Below, in pieces: positions 1-12,800 of a stretch of DNA of 64,000 nt. The stretch lies in NCBI RefSeq assembly GCF_964204645.1, contig NC_134029.1, positions 11,682,850 to 11,746,849 of the forward strand. The letters are read 5' to 3'. The first letter of the stretch is position 1, and every line of letters starts with the position of its first letter. Position numbers and translations under genes: made by a program. The stretch is from Tubulanus polymorphus (taxonomy: Eukaryota > Animalia > Nemertea). Below the pieces are notes generated by a model that was not told where the DNA came from, did not search any database, and saw nothing but the letters and a program-made list of their open reading frames with translations.

Positions 1-2869
1 CGCATTCATCATCGGAATATTAGTAGAAATATAGCTGCAAAGCAGCGATAACAGGTTTCTGCCTTTCTGCCTAGCTGCCTTGCTGGGTTTAATGTCGTAC
101 TAGGAAGCTTGCAAAAAATTTCACTGAAATCAGTTCATAAAGTACCGCGGTTTTGAAGGAGTGCCACCTAGGGCCTAGACCATCAGTCCATAACATGACT
201 ATTTCCATGAAGCGAAATCTGGGTCAACAATATGCTGAATATGTGGTGGATCCTAAAGGGCTACCACGTATAAAGTACTGATGTACCAAGTCTAGTCAAA
301 ATGACTTAACCGAATATACAGTGCTTTCAATGTCCCCTGGTTGCAGTTGCATGAACTTGGTAAAGTCTCACATCAAGGCAGGTGGTGGCCAGAAAAAGAA
401 ATATTTCTGGGAAAAATTAAGACGCAAGGCAAACACTTATTGTTCACTTTTTTTCCTATCCTCATTTTGAAATTGAAGTATTGTAAAAAAACAATTTATT
501 TATTTTTGGTGATCAATTGATTTTGTTGTTTTCTTTTTTAATTTACATTTGATTTGGAAGGTCAGCTTGCTTAGGAGTCAGTTTGTCAAAGCATAGCGAA
601 GAAATACAGTCCAACTTGTTTATGTCTCAGTTGCAGCAGGGTTATTATATTGCTGACTGATCCAAATTACACTTACACAGCCCAATGTTTTTCAGTGTGT
701 AAACTCCATCGTACTCGGCATTTTGAATTTTAGCCCCCTGAGCCCTCGGCTTGATTCTATCGAAAGACCTTAACTGACTTTACAGAATTTAGAGTGTAGG
801 ATTTTCTAAATTTCTGAATGCTTTCTCTGGTTTTAAGATCAATTCAAATTCAATCTTGAATGCGTAAAAATAAGTCAAATAAATTTTGCTTTTATTGAAA
901 GAAAATCTGCTGAAAACACAGATTTTGAAATGAATGATGTGTCGATTAATTACAGACGAAATAATTACAGCAAAATCAACTGACGATCAACAAGGTGAAG
1001 TTTTCATTTATCTTTGGATAACTTGTCAATCCTTGATGATACAAGCATTTTGGCTACACCTTTTGAAACCTCAATGCTTCATCTACCCGCGCCAATTAGT
1101 CAGCCACAATCAATTTTCATGCCATCTGACCTCTTTCCGCCTGTAATTAAGCAATCAAATGTAAGAATTACTCAGTTATGGAATATAATAGAGGAGTGAA
1201 AGAAAGTATAATAGATATCTTAGGAGACCAATTTATATCGTGTGTTTGTCGTGAAAAATCTATTACTACTGTCTCGCAGAGCATAGAAACTGACCGTAAA
1301 GCCATGTGGAATTGGTATTTCAAGGGCTATTCGGTTTACTCCAAAACAAGTGTCTGATAAACTTTAAAAAGCTTCATATCAAGGGTATGTCGTAGGACTC
1401 TTGATGCCCATGAATTATCATCCCATAATAACGATGAATCCAATTCTGCATGTACGTTAGCACGACTGATTACTTATCCAAATATTTTAAACATGGCATT
1501 AGAAAAAAAACAATTACACAAAACGTCAAGTACTTACAGCATCTGACACAGTTGCGCATAAGTTACGGCTTTGATTGCCAATGAAAAAAAAGCTTGATTT
1601 GAAATGTACACCCGCACACTGTGGTTTAAATATAATCCCACCAGCTGCAAGAATCCGCAAAGGAATTGAAGACCAGAGTGACCAGTTCATTCAACAATTA
1701 ATAGCTGAAAAAAAGTAATCGAAATAAATAGTCATATACATGAGTGTAAACCAGCTCCTTACTAACTACTTAGGTTTTCCACTCGCTCTACACACTATAT
1801 TAAGGGCCTAAATCTATTCTAGCCGTATCCCCCAAAACAGCTAGGCATTAAGTATGTAGCCAACAATGACCATTGCTTCGCCGAGTACTCATTTGCTACC
1901 ATATGTACTCATATCATAGCACCACCCAGTGGAAAGGTGACCTTAACTGCAGTTAGACCAAGAAATCAAGTCTAACATTTCCTGGTTAATGGATTCTCAC
2001 CTTAAATTACATCAACTCTGCTGTTGTTGTCATCGATTCGAGTAGTCAAGTGAACGCGGAAGTAAAATTCCATATGAAAATCCCTACCATTTCTGTCCAT
2101 ATTACGTTGATTTGAGCCAGAATTCTTAAGGAAATGTAGCCAACGTAAATTGATTAATGAATAGAATTAATAAATTGACTCATTTTAGGGATCATAGTTC
2201 ATAAAAGTCCGAAACCTGCCATAAATTTAAGCTGAAAATGATTTCAACCATCCGCCATGTTTGCTGTATATTTTTCACGGTAAATGACGGATCCAGACTA
2301 ATTGAAAGTCTGAATCCGTGATTTATGGTTGAGTTTGACACTTGAGGTCGTCTGGTAATTTGTAGGCTTTTCAGGATGCTTTGCGTTATTCTTGTTGCTG
2401 TTTAGACCCGGTAATTACACGGGATTAATTCATAATATATAACAATAAGCAATTTTAAAACGGTGCATCATAGGTTATATATCTCTCCGTATTGAACATA
2501 ACGTTTACAGGCTGTTAGTTGTCGAATCTGAAAGGCATTTCATTTTTTGAAAACTTTTTTGGCTCGAAAGAGGACAAGTAATAATAATAATCAACAGAAT
2601 TACAAGAGGGTTTCTGCTAATAAGGCAATATCTTGATAAAAAAACTGCCAAGCAACTTGCAACTCTGTTGGGATGGTGAAGGGCTTTCTCAGTGATGTCA
2701 TTATTAAGAAAATGCATGTAGAACATAGTATGAAATATTCAGCCATGTACTACTGAGTCATGGGAAAAACCCAATACCATGTTGGCTATATCATCAAATG
2801 TGAACACGCTTACTGCATGGTGCGACAAGATGGTCCTTTATTTGGTTTGCATTCATGGCACCCTAAGAA

Positions 2870-3615
2870 CAGGGGCGGATCCAGGGCCATACCATGACTA
2901 CAGCACAGTGAAATAAAAAGGCAATCAGCCCTAAAAAGGGCAGTATCCATGCCCAGCGAGTGACATAGCCGCGAACGAAATTTTGAAATGTCATGTAATT
3001 TTAATGCATTTTCCAAGCGCTTGAGCACCGAGATGTCAACAAGGCATATTCCAAGTTAAAACTGATCTTCATGCCTTTTTATTAGATTTGTTAAAGATTT
3101 GTGTGCCCTTTATTGATATATCATGCCTAAATTTGGAGGGACCCACGCAATGCCTTCACATCCAATTTGCCTTTTTAAAGACATTTGGACAAATTGCCCT
3201 TTTTCAATTAAGGTTATAAACGCAACGATAATAATGTCTTTTTTCAGAAAAGTGCCCTTTTGAGCAAAGGAGAGTGCCTCAAATTGCCTTTTTAATTTTG
3301 GGGAATTTATTTTCATTCAAATTTAAGTTTGGGCCTAGTACAGAAAGGCAATTATTTATTTATAAATGTGTGCCCATTTTTAGCTTTTTGTAACTCAGTA
3401 AACCATGAAGGTTAGTGCCCTTTTTGAAACCAAAAACGTCACTATAGGGCCTACATCAGTGATGCAGAGCAGAATACTAATTGTCGTACTATAGACTTTT
3501 AACCCTGGTTTTCCACAGCGGGTGTATACTTTTTGCGAAACCAAAATTTTTCGAGGGCACTTCAAACTGCGACTAGCGCATGTGCTGCATGTGCGTTAGT
3601 CTGGATCCGCGCCTG
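2870..3615. mobile_element. Non-autonomous DNA transposon (hAT-like MITE)
   Basis: Termini CAGGGGCGGATCCAG / CTGGATCCGCGCCTG are inverted repeats; no ORF; no clean TSD seen. Confidence 0.5.
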
Positions 3616-3701
3616 AAGATCCTCAACGTATAGTGCCAGGAAATAAGGAATTAATTCTTAATAACTTGAACAGATCATTATTGGATAAATTTATTTTTCA
3701 G

Positions 3702-3902
3702 CTTTATGCATTAGCAATGTATTGGTTCCAGTTAGTAAGTGGCTTCTCAGCATATTCCAACTTCAATCAGTTCTATCAAGTGTTCTACAATTTATTCTTT
3801 ACCTCTGCGCCTCCTGTTGTATTTGGTGGACTGGACCAAACTGTTTCAGCAATCACACTGCTTACTAGACCTCAGCTCTACAAAGATTCTCAAAATTCTC
3901 GG
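3702..3902 (+). CDS. P4-ATPase (phospholipid flippase, ATP10-like) internal exon, TM5-6 region
   Basis: tttttcag acceptor and gtaagc donor; encodes LYALAMYWFQLVSGFS...FYNLFFTSAPPVVFGGLDQ...PQLYK, the typical P4-ATPase C-terminal membrane domain; phase 0/0. Confidence 0.9.
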
Positions 3903-3958
3903 GTAAGCATTGAATACCTTCCTTCTTAAGTTGCTAAGCTTCAAAATTTCTATTGCTT

Positions 3959-5215
3959 CCCAGCTGGCATTTCTACATCAGTACTACGTAGAAACAACGT
4001 CAAAAACTAACGTACCTGACGTTGTTTTTTCATTGGAAAACAGGTCGAAAATGGAAGTTTTTTTTACGTATTTTTCTGACGTTGTAAAAACGTCTAAAAT
4101 ATTACAGCGTCCCAACGTTGTTCTATCGTTGTTTCTACGTTGGTAGATTCCATCATTCCTAACCAGTTACAAAGAGGAAAACAATCTTTTCTTTTATTGA
4201 ATGTAATAAAAAACTTTATTTGAAACAAAAATACATTAACAATTGCCTGCTTTGGCATCAATAATAAGTCACTAAAAATAGAGGCTAAGATTGGATTTCA
4301 GTATTCATCTAATACTTTTCATTAGGTACATAAGCTTCACACCTTAAGCCTATCTACCACCACCACCCTTACGATCGGGTGCATATTTCAATGCATTTCC
4401 AATGGACTTTAGAACCTCGGACTCAGTGCCGCACACGAAACGCCGCATTACACATTCTGAAAAAAATACCATCTAATTACAAATCGATTTCAGGCAAGTG
4501 CTCTACGTAGTATGTCTCACTAGTTACGAAGTAGAGAAGGAATATTATCATTGTTTAAAGGAACTAGGTAAAAAAATATCAACGAAAAATAAAGGGGCAA
4601 CCCAAAAGGGAAGGCAGGGCCCTGGGTCCGGAAGGAATGGCTCGTAGCCTCTATAATTGCTCATTACAACAGGCTTTTTGTCCAACGCGTTATTCAACTC
4701 GATCTAAGGCCCAATTTTATGCGATCTAGCAACTAAAATATATGAAATTACTTACCTTAGATCAAAATAATGTAGATAATGAGTGACAAACTGAAAAACG
4801 GCGTGCGGTTCGACGGGGTTCGGCAACGTTCAAAATGGTGGATGGATCTCGTTCGGTACGAAACCGAACGCAATAGCCTGTACCTGTCAGGTTCGAATCC
4901 CACCGCCTTTCCGACTTTACACAATCGTTCTTTAGAAGACCAAACGATGGTAAATATGTTTTTAAAGGGCATTTTTATTAGCAAATGCTTTTTTAGATCA
5001 AAATTAGTACTATTTTTCTTGTGTTGGATTTGTTAAATATTTCCAACATAATTTCGACTAGTCGAAAAGTGCGACGTCATTTCAACGTCATAAACAGTGA
5101 TAAAGATGATCTCATGCTAACTGGTCAGACCCGACGTAAGTCCGACGTTGTCTCTACGTAACAGCGCAACCTCCACCAAAAATCGACGTCAGATGTCGGT
5201 TGTTTGCCAGCTGGG
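3959..5215. mobile_element. CMC/EnSpm-like MITE in intron
   Basis: TIRs CCCAGCTGGCA...TGCCAGCTGGG, TT on both flanks (2-bp TSD), subterminal ACGTC/ACGTT repeats at both ends. Confidence 0.7.
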
Positions 5216-7669
5216 TTATAATTAGACATGTATTGATGATATGTTCACTGCCACTGTTTAGCTATCTAGTTAACTATTTACTTATCATGGAATAAGTTAA
5301 ACCGTAGCGCCAAGAGATTATGAATACATACCCACTTGACTTCCAGGGAGTTTATCAAAAAAACTGTTAAGTTAACCCTTACAATGCGATTTTCAACTTG
5401 AGCCAAATCAGTACTGCTCTGTTCTTAGTGCAGGATTCAACCCCAGTCAAAATGTAATAATCACTTGTTTGGGGGGGATAACTACACATTTTACACGCCA
5501 TATCAAAGGTCGTGTAATTAGACTAACACCACATCTGAATATGCCATCACATCTGTCGCCGCTATTAACTCATTGCCAGCTGCCACGCCTATTTTTTCAG
5601 GAAATGGTGCGCTTTGCCAGGATTTCTGTGTTTTTCACAGATCCATAAAACAAAAACTAGATATTTTCATCAAATTTGTTTATTGATGGGTTTCGTCATC
5701 AAACGAACCCATCTATGGCATCGTCGTCATGTCCGTCCGTCCGTCTGTGGATGTTTCATTACTACACGATTTAAACTGTTTGTGTGGACCGATTTTACTG
5801 TAAATTGGCACATATATTCTGTACTTGGTGTAGATGGTGCAGCTTTGGTTATATTTGATTCTGATGTTTATAAGTGCTCAAATTTGGTTATGAAATAATC
5901 AACGTTATTCGTTGGTTCAAGCAGCTGTAGCGCGTAACTACGGCGACGCTCAATACACTCGCTGTGTGTGTGTAACACAGAACACGCTTGTACATGAAGA
6001 TATGATACGCTCATACTACATGCGCGCGCTGATCTAGTCGAACGCCTCGCCCGCGATATTCAGCGCTAATGCCGAGAGACTGGGGAGTGCTCCATACACT
6101 ACGCAAGACTTTTGGAATTCAGATAAGGCCAGATCATTCTTTGCAGTTTCAGAGGGTTGCTACTCTTTACGTAAAAACCAGCATAAATTAATTGGCCAGC
6201 TGAGATTTCCGCCCGGAATATATCACTCGAATTTACTGGGTAGGGGAGCTTCAATCACAGTCGCAAGAAATATTGATGAAATGTCAAAAGTTACCTACAT
6301 ATTCCACAAAACAAACGAAGCATTTTGATGAATAGAGTTTATTTTGTTTGAAAAGAACATCATCTAAACACCGAAATATTATCAGCGCACCACGGCAGGT
6401 AGCGTGCATCCACTATTTTCCGCAGTGATAACACCACACGCCCAAGATCCGTGTTTTGATCAACGCTGAGAACTAATCTTAAGTAATTAAAGATGGCATT
6501 AAGAGTCATCAATTGAACCTGTCATTTTTATGGCCTTACGTTAGCAGTCGTTGGAGCCCGGCTACCTTGTATTTAGTTTGCAACACTGATGATTTTGATA
6601 TTTTTGATACTTAGTGCACAACGCGAGTCGATTGCATTGTCAGCAATAACACGTTAACCGTTAACCATTTATGTATCAATTACGTGTAGTAATAGATAAC
6701 ACTTCCCACGGAGAAGATTAGTGTTTTCAACCCGTGCACACAGACGTGCATCAACAAACCCACTTTTAATTGTCGAATGGTCATGCGAAGACATGGTGTC
6801 ACATTTAAAAACGTTTTAGGCTTGGGCCTAAATTGCTTTACTATTAAAAGCTATCATGAATGAAACTATTGAAAGCCACATTCACTCAGTTGCTGAACTT
6901 GATTTCAACAGTAACTGGCCGTCCTGGTTTAATATGTACTGCCCTGAAATTTGAAAAAAACTTATAAAGCATCATCTGATTTTGTTTGTCCCGAGTAGTT
7001 AATGTTCAAGTTTCAGTTGTTTTATGTCATTGTCTCACGGGATCAAAATTGGCAAGTCCAAAATGTCCATGATTAAACTTGCGTAACTGTCGTTCTTCCG
7101 CTGGTGAATATTGTTTTCCTGTTCCACTTGGTCAATCGTAAGACTAGCTATAGGCCCTCAGGGTACAGCTAGCAGTTGGCCTCAAGGTTCAGTCTGTGAA
7201 CAATCTGTAGCTATCACTAGTGAAGAAGGGGTATTGTTCAGAAAATTTGCCCATTCATGCGTGTTCAGTCCCATTTAAATAGATGAAGTTACTAACACAC
7301 TCATAGAATGACTGATGATTATCATTATGTCCGTAGAGTACTGTACTCTTTCCTATGGTTTTTGCCAATATTTTCTAAATTTGGATTGATCGCCAATGGT
7401 TTTTCTATATGAACCCGGCCCTGCAGTATTGCATTTAGCCACCGGCAAAATCCACCATCTTTTTTTCTTGGCGTTCTTGCTTATTTATGAAAGTGTTGGA
7501 TTTTTTCACCAAAAATGAAGGGATTAGGAAGTTAAGAGAGTTGTCACTCTCGTAATGGTGAGTCTGTTCGGTTTGGGGGCTATCCCTTGTTTCTTTATCC
7601 CGAAATAATTTAACTAATGTAATGTAATTGAATTGATTTCATTATTGTTGAACGATTGATTGAATAATT

Positions 7670-9300
7670 ATGCCTCCCCATCCTAAAGGTCAGCATCGTA
7701 TTGGGGAGGGATGTGGACATTTATTCGGTACCTGGGACAACCACGTTTGGTGTGCATCGTGTAGGCAAAAATCTGGCCGGTTAAGACTACAGGATCTGAA
7801 CCGAGCACGCGCGGCCACGGTCGTCGAGATACCGACACTGGTCTGGTCGGTAACGATCTGGTCCGGTCCACTTCGGGCACCAGTCCGGTCCAGACGTCAC
7901 CTGATTCTGAACTTCCAGTTCGGGATGGGGATAGAGCTCGCTCTCCCACCAGGTCCAGACGCCGTGAACGTAATAAATAAACACGCAAGGTCTCCTCACA
8001 GATCAAGGATAGATCGCGAGAGGGATTACGAACATTATTGCAGAAAGTTTCGCCGGCAGTCGCCTCATCGTTCGTTGATGTCGGTTAGCGAAAAAGCCGA
8101 TTCTTCTACTAGCAGGTCTCAATCCCATTCGAGGGACTGTCACCGAAGTCGTCATGATCGTCGGGATACGGGAAAATTCCTGACTTAGTAGGATTTCCGT
8201 GTATTCGAAGAAAAAATTTGTTATCATCATCGCAACAAGTCGTTACTGCAACTTCTACAAAAGGTAAGCCTATTCCTGATTGTCCGGTTAAAAGTCCGCC
8301 AGCCCACTCAGTTATTCGGAATTCTGACGGTGAGTCAATGGAAGCTTATTGCCCTCCGGACTCTGATCTGAATGTTTTATGCGAATCATCAGCGGTTTCA
8401 AGAGAATGGGCTAGATTAGATACGCAATTATGGGGTGAATGTTGCCCCAGAACGTTTTCGTTTCCCCCTCCAGAAGGGGGTATGAAATCTGGAAAATATT
8501 TTAGTTCAACTGATCTGAGGTGCATTTCGCTCGACGTATTATGCAACTCCAAGTGCTGTGGATCATAGTCATAGCTGCCTGGATGCTCATTATACTTTGA
8601 TCAGCCCGGATACTGGTTCAACGCAGTCGGCTATTTGTTTGCCTAAGTCTGGTTAGACTGGCCATGACCTCAATCCAGGACAATCTTACCAGGGTTGGTT
8701 CGTTTCAGGATATGGCTCTTAAGGTATTGGCGGACGAGCTTCGCAAAACTTTTGCTGTCGTCCATGGGGGCTCCAACCCTGAGTCAGTTGCCCTAAAACT
8801 AGAGGGAATGGACCGGATCATCCAATTTTTGGCTCGGTCGGTTTCACATGTCATTCCGTTGTCGGTTCGGGGTCAGGCTAATCTTGTTTTAGCCTCCCGT
8901 CAGTCAGATATGGACTCCAGTTCCAAAGCTTGTTTACCAGATATGGTGTCAAATTCTTTACTGAGAGCTCTATTGGGGACCTCTTCACATCTCTTCTCCA
9001 TTTAGTGCGCTCCTGTTTCCGCTGAGCTGAGGAAGAATCGGGAGGTCCAGACCAAGCCCACCATCCGAACTCCGTGGAGAAAGCGTTCTGGTCCGGTGCC
9101 GGCAGCGCAACATTCGGCACGGACTCAAACAGGACCAACTCAAACTTCAGTGCTTTCTTAGGCATCAGATGCCGGTTGGAGAATTTGCGCACAGCTCCAA
9201 CAATCACGTCAAGCCTCGTCCGGTCATAACAGTTCCAATTCGTATCGGGGCAAGGGGAAGGCTCCGAGAGGGGGCTCTTCCTTTCAGAAAAACTCGAAAT
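7670..9300 (+). pseudogene. DIRS gag-like ORF1, frameshifted
   Basis: Cys/His N-terminus (CGH...DNHVWCASCR), Arg/Ser-rich stretch, position upstream of RT. Confidence 0.55.
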
Positions 9301-9399
9301 GAATTCTCTGGACCAGTGGGAGGTTGTCGGTAGCAGGCGGCCACCCACTGGTCCATCCTTTTCGAAGATGGTTGGCCCTCCCTGGTCCTCTCACGTGGC

Positions 9400-10480
9400 T
9401 ACCGTCTACATTTCCTAAAGCGACCGCGCCTGACAAGGTCACCTCCCAACATGCGGCCTAAACCAGGTCAGGAGGCCTCAATCCCTCCGGCTCCCGAGGA
9501 ATTGGTTATTATTTTCAGGTTCCAATTCACCCAAAATCTCTGATTTCTCAGGATAAAGTGGAAAGGCCACCGGTTCCAGTTCAGGTCTCTTCCATTTGGC
9601 CTCAGTATGGCCCCGTGGGTCAAGTCCGTTCAGAAGGTACTTCGGTCCGGTGGTGTTCGACTGTTTGTTTACCTAGACGACTGGTTTATACTCGCAAACT
9701 CAGCTCAAGAACGTCGGAAGGTAATGACCTCAGTCTTGGACTTAGTCCATCAGCTAGGGTTCCGCGTAAACAGGGAAAAATCTTAGTTGACGCCGGCCCA
9801 ACAGTTCTCTTAGTCAGTTATCTTGGCATGGACTTCGATCTCCGAATTGACTTTCCATCCATGGCTCGAGTAGCCAAACTTCAAGGAGCTGTAGCGGGAG
9901 TGTCCACAACCCTGAGAACAGCTCGTTACTGGTAACAGCTTCTAGGCTCCATCAGCTCCATGGGTCTGGTGGTGCCCTTAGGTCACCTCAGTAGCATGCG
10001 CTTGCAACAATATTGGAAGGTCTTCTGGTCTCAGTCAAAAGGGTACTGGGAGACCTTGATTCCTGTACCTCCAACCAATCTAAGTCCAGATCTTCATTGG
10101 TGGATGACAACTACGAATCTTCGTCGCGGGGTTTTCCTGGCCACGTTGGAGGCTCCAGTTCATGTATTCACGGATGCCAGTCACCAAGGGTGGGGGCGCA
10201 TCTGGAGATCCGAGTCAAAGCCGGTGGTCTCGCTACAAGGCCACCAACTACATATCACAGGAGAGTGGAGGGACATCACGTTTGGTTAGCCACGGACAAT
10301 TCAGACAATTCAACAGTGAGGGCTTACCTTCAGAATCAAGGAGGCACTCAATCAGAAACCCTCACGGGTCTGTCGGCCAAAATTCTTCTTTGGTGCCAGG
10401 CAAAGGGCGTTTTCCTGACTGCATTTAGCAGGGAAAAGGAATGTGATGGCCGATGCTTTTTCTCGTCGAAGTCAGGCTAT
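9400..10480 (+). pseudogene. DIRS reverse transcriptase / RNase H, frameshifted and partly deleted
   Basis: SLPFGLS (~9587), FVYLDDW (9664-9684), VFTDASHQGWG, ATDNS motifs spread over several frames. Confidence 0.85.
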
Positions 10481-10518
10481 TGCGACAGAATGGGTTCTCC
10501 ACCAAGAAGTAGCCAGAC

Positions 10519-10761
10519 ATGTTTGGCAATCCGCTGCTGGATCTGTTTGCCACCCGGTCCAATAGGAGGTATCCACTGTTTGTTTCCCCTTTTCCAGACG
10601 CGGAAGCATGGGGGGTAGACGCCTTCTCTCTGGATTGGTCGGGGATGCATGCGTATGCATTCCCACCCACACCAGTCCTCCCACGCTTGCTGGATCAAAT
10701 GGAGAGATCAGTCAATTGCAACATAGTTCTGGTAGCACTATGTTGGCCGGCGCAGAAATGA
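10519..10761 (+). pseudogene. DIRS N6-adenine methyltransferase-like domain
   Basis: DLFATRSN...DAFSLDW...AYAFPP motifs typical of the phage-like MTase domain of DIRS1 elements. Confidence 0.8.
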
Positions 10762-10879
10762 TTCCTACCACTTCTAAACCTTCTGCTCGACAACCCCCGG
10801 ATTCTTCCAAATTTCCCATCAATTCGGTCTCAGGGGAACTTTCGGCTTCATCTGAACAGTTAGTGGTTAAATCTGCTCG

Positions 10880-11640
10880 TCTGGCCATTGTCCAGCGATC
10901 CTTGTCAGCTTCAGGCTTTTCGAAACAGACTGCCTCCTTTATCCCAGGATCTAAGCGGCCATCGACAAGTACCATTTACGTTGCCAAATGGGGTCATTTT
11001 GCAGATTGGTGTGCTACAGGGGAAATTGATCCATGCTCACCCTCTGTAGCTCAATTAACAGATTTTTTACTGCATCTATTTGTAGTAAAAGGTCTGCACG
11101 TTATAATTATTAAACGTTACCGCTACGCGATTTCCCATACATTACGGGCTCCTGGACGGCCAAATGTAAAGGCATATCATTGGATATCCCAGCTAGTTGC
11201 ATGGTTTTCTGTTTCCCGGCCTCGGTATCGAGGATAGTTCCAACATGGGATCTGTTAGTAATTTTGAAGAAGTTAATGAATGGAGGCTCCATTTGAACCT
11301 CTTTCCGCAGCGTCATTTGCGAAGTTGTCAAAAAAGACTGTATTCTTGTTGTTCTTTGCTTACTCGGCCTGTCGTTCTGAGATTTATGCATTTTCAGTTC
11401 GACAAGGTCATATTGTCTTCGGGCCAGTGAAGGAATTTGTTTCGCTGCGGCCTGCTTTGGAGTTTTGGCAAGAATCAACAGCCAGGCTCGGGTGGTCGTC
11501 AATTGCAAACCCTAAAACTAGGCATGAAGCCCTAAAACATTGAGTGGAACTGGGTCTTCCGGACAGGACGTTATGCCCTGTACAGGCGTTGTGTTTTTAT
11601 TTCGATCGCTCTGGTCCACGAAGAGGTACGCGGGAGCATT
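10880..11640 (+). pseudogene. DIRS tyrosine recombinase, truncated
   Basis: SKRPSTSTIYVAKWGHFADWC core-binding region; KTVFLL...CRSEI (catalytic Arg); LCPVQAL; C-terminal catalytic region deleted. Confidence 0.8.
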
Positions 11641-12520
11641 CTCCATGGACATTCACGCCCTTTTATTTACGGGATGTGTCAGGCCAGTTATGCTCATTAG
11701 CGTCGCTTGGTCCTGTTGTTATGGCTCAAGGTGTCCGTTCTTTCGGACCGGACTCCTTAGCCTAGAATTTTTATGTTTCCATTATCAGGATAACGAGAGG
11801 TGTATCCATGTACATAGATTGAGCTGATATTCGCAAGTAATAATTTTGCAAAATTCGGGGGCCCCGAGCTGGACAGATTCACTGTGGCCAACCGGTCTTC
11901 CCTGTGCTACAGTGCTCCATTCCGTGCTTTAGTAAGTTCTCTCTTTTTTCCCTCTTACCTTGCGTTCGAGCGGTGGTTTTTCTATCTACCTTTCCCACCA
12001 TCCTTGTGCTAGGCTAGTCTAGCAAAAACGATAGGAAAGGGTACAGTACTCGACGGAAATATTACAATTTTTTTAACTAAAATTTGTATTTCCGAGTAGA
12101 ACTTACCCTTTCCTATGGTGGGAATCCCGCCCGTCTGCCCCGCATAGCTGAATTTTTGGGTCTGCTATGGCGTAAAAATATGGCGGATTTTGCCGGTGGC
12201 TAAATACAATACCACTGGGCCGGGTGAAAAACCATTGGCGATCAATCCAAATTTAGAAAATATTGGCAAAAACCGTGGAAAGGGTAAGTAATACTCGGAA
12301 ATACAACTTCTAGACCCAAAAATTGCAATTTTAGTGGTAAAAGGCATTAAACTAACTGGTATTGTGCGATGAATTTGCCATCTATCTAAGGTCGAGTTAA
12401 AGAAAAATGTTAACCGTCCCAGTATGGTTTTGGCAGGCATGGGATGGGATATATCGAACGTATACCAGCTTGTTTTGGCTGGCAATGAGTTAAGTAATGG
12501 AGATAGCGATTGTCAACTGA

Positions 12521-12800
12521 TTTTTGTCCCCCGGGTGGGGGACTTGGAATCCGCCCCGTCCGTCCGTCCGTTCGTCTGCCCGTCTGCATCTGGTTGTAAA
12601 CGCGATTCAAGAACAACCGTTGATAGCATGACTATGGTTTACATAGCAATATTACTCTAGGGAGAGGATGTGCCCTATTGATTTTGGGGTCCAAGGATCA
12701 AAGGTGAACGTCACTACAGGTTATTCATGTGAAACATTGCAATGCTATTCAGGAAGAAAGAACCATTGATAGCAGGACTATGTTATTACATATTATGCTT
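12521..12800 (+). repeat. HINE/DINE-like dispersed repeat (5' part)
   Basis: T-tract start, GTCC microsatellite, body homologous to 39050-39570. Confidence 0.6.

Larger units (their letters stand above)
7324..12329 (+). mobile_element. DIRS1-type tyrosine-recombinase retrotransposon, degenerate
   Basis: Left ITR ~7324-7465 is inverse to right ITR ~12170-12329; ICR at ~12030-12116 is complementary to both outer ends; internal gag, RT, RNase H, MTase and YR remnants in canonical order. Confidence 0.92.

Noticed and set aside
934-3316. Short ORFs as additional flippase exons
   Set aside because: No P4-ATPase similarity or convincing splice sites; treated as intron
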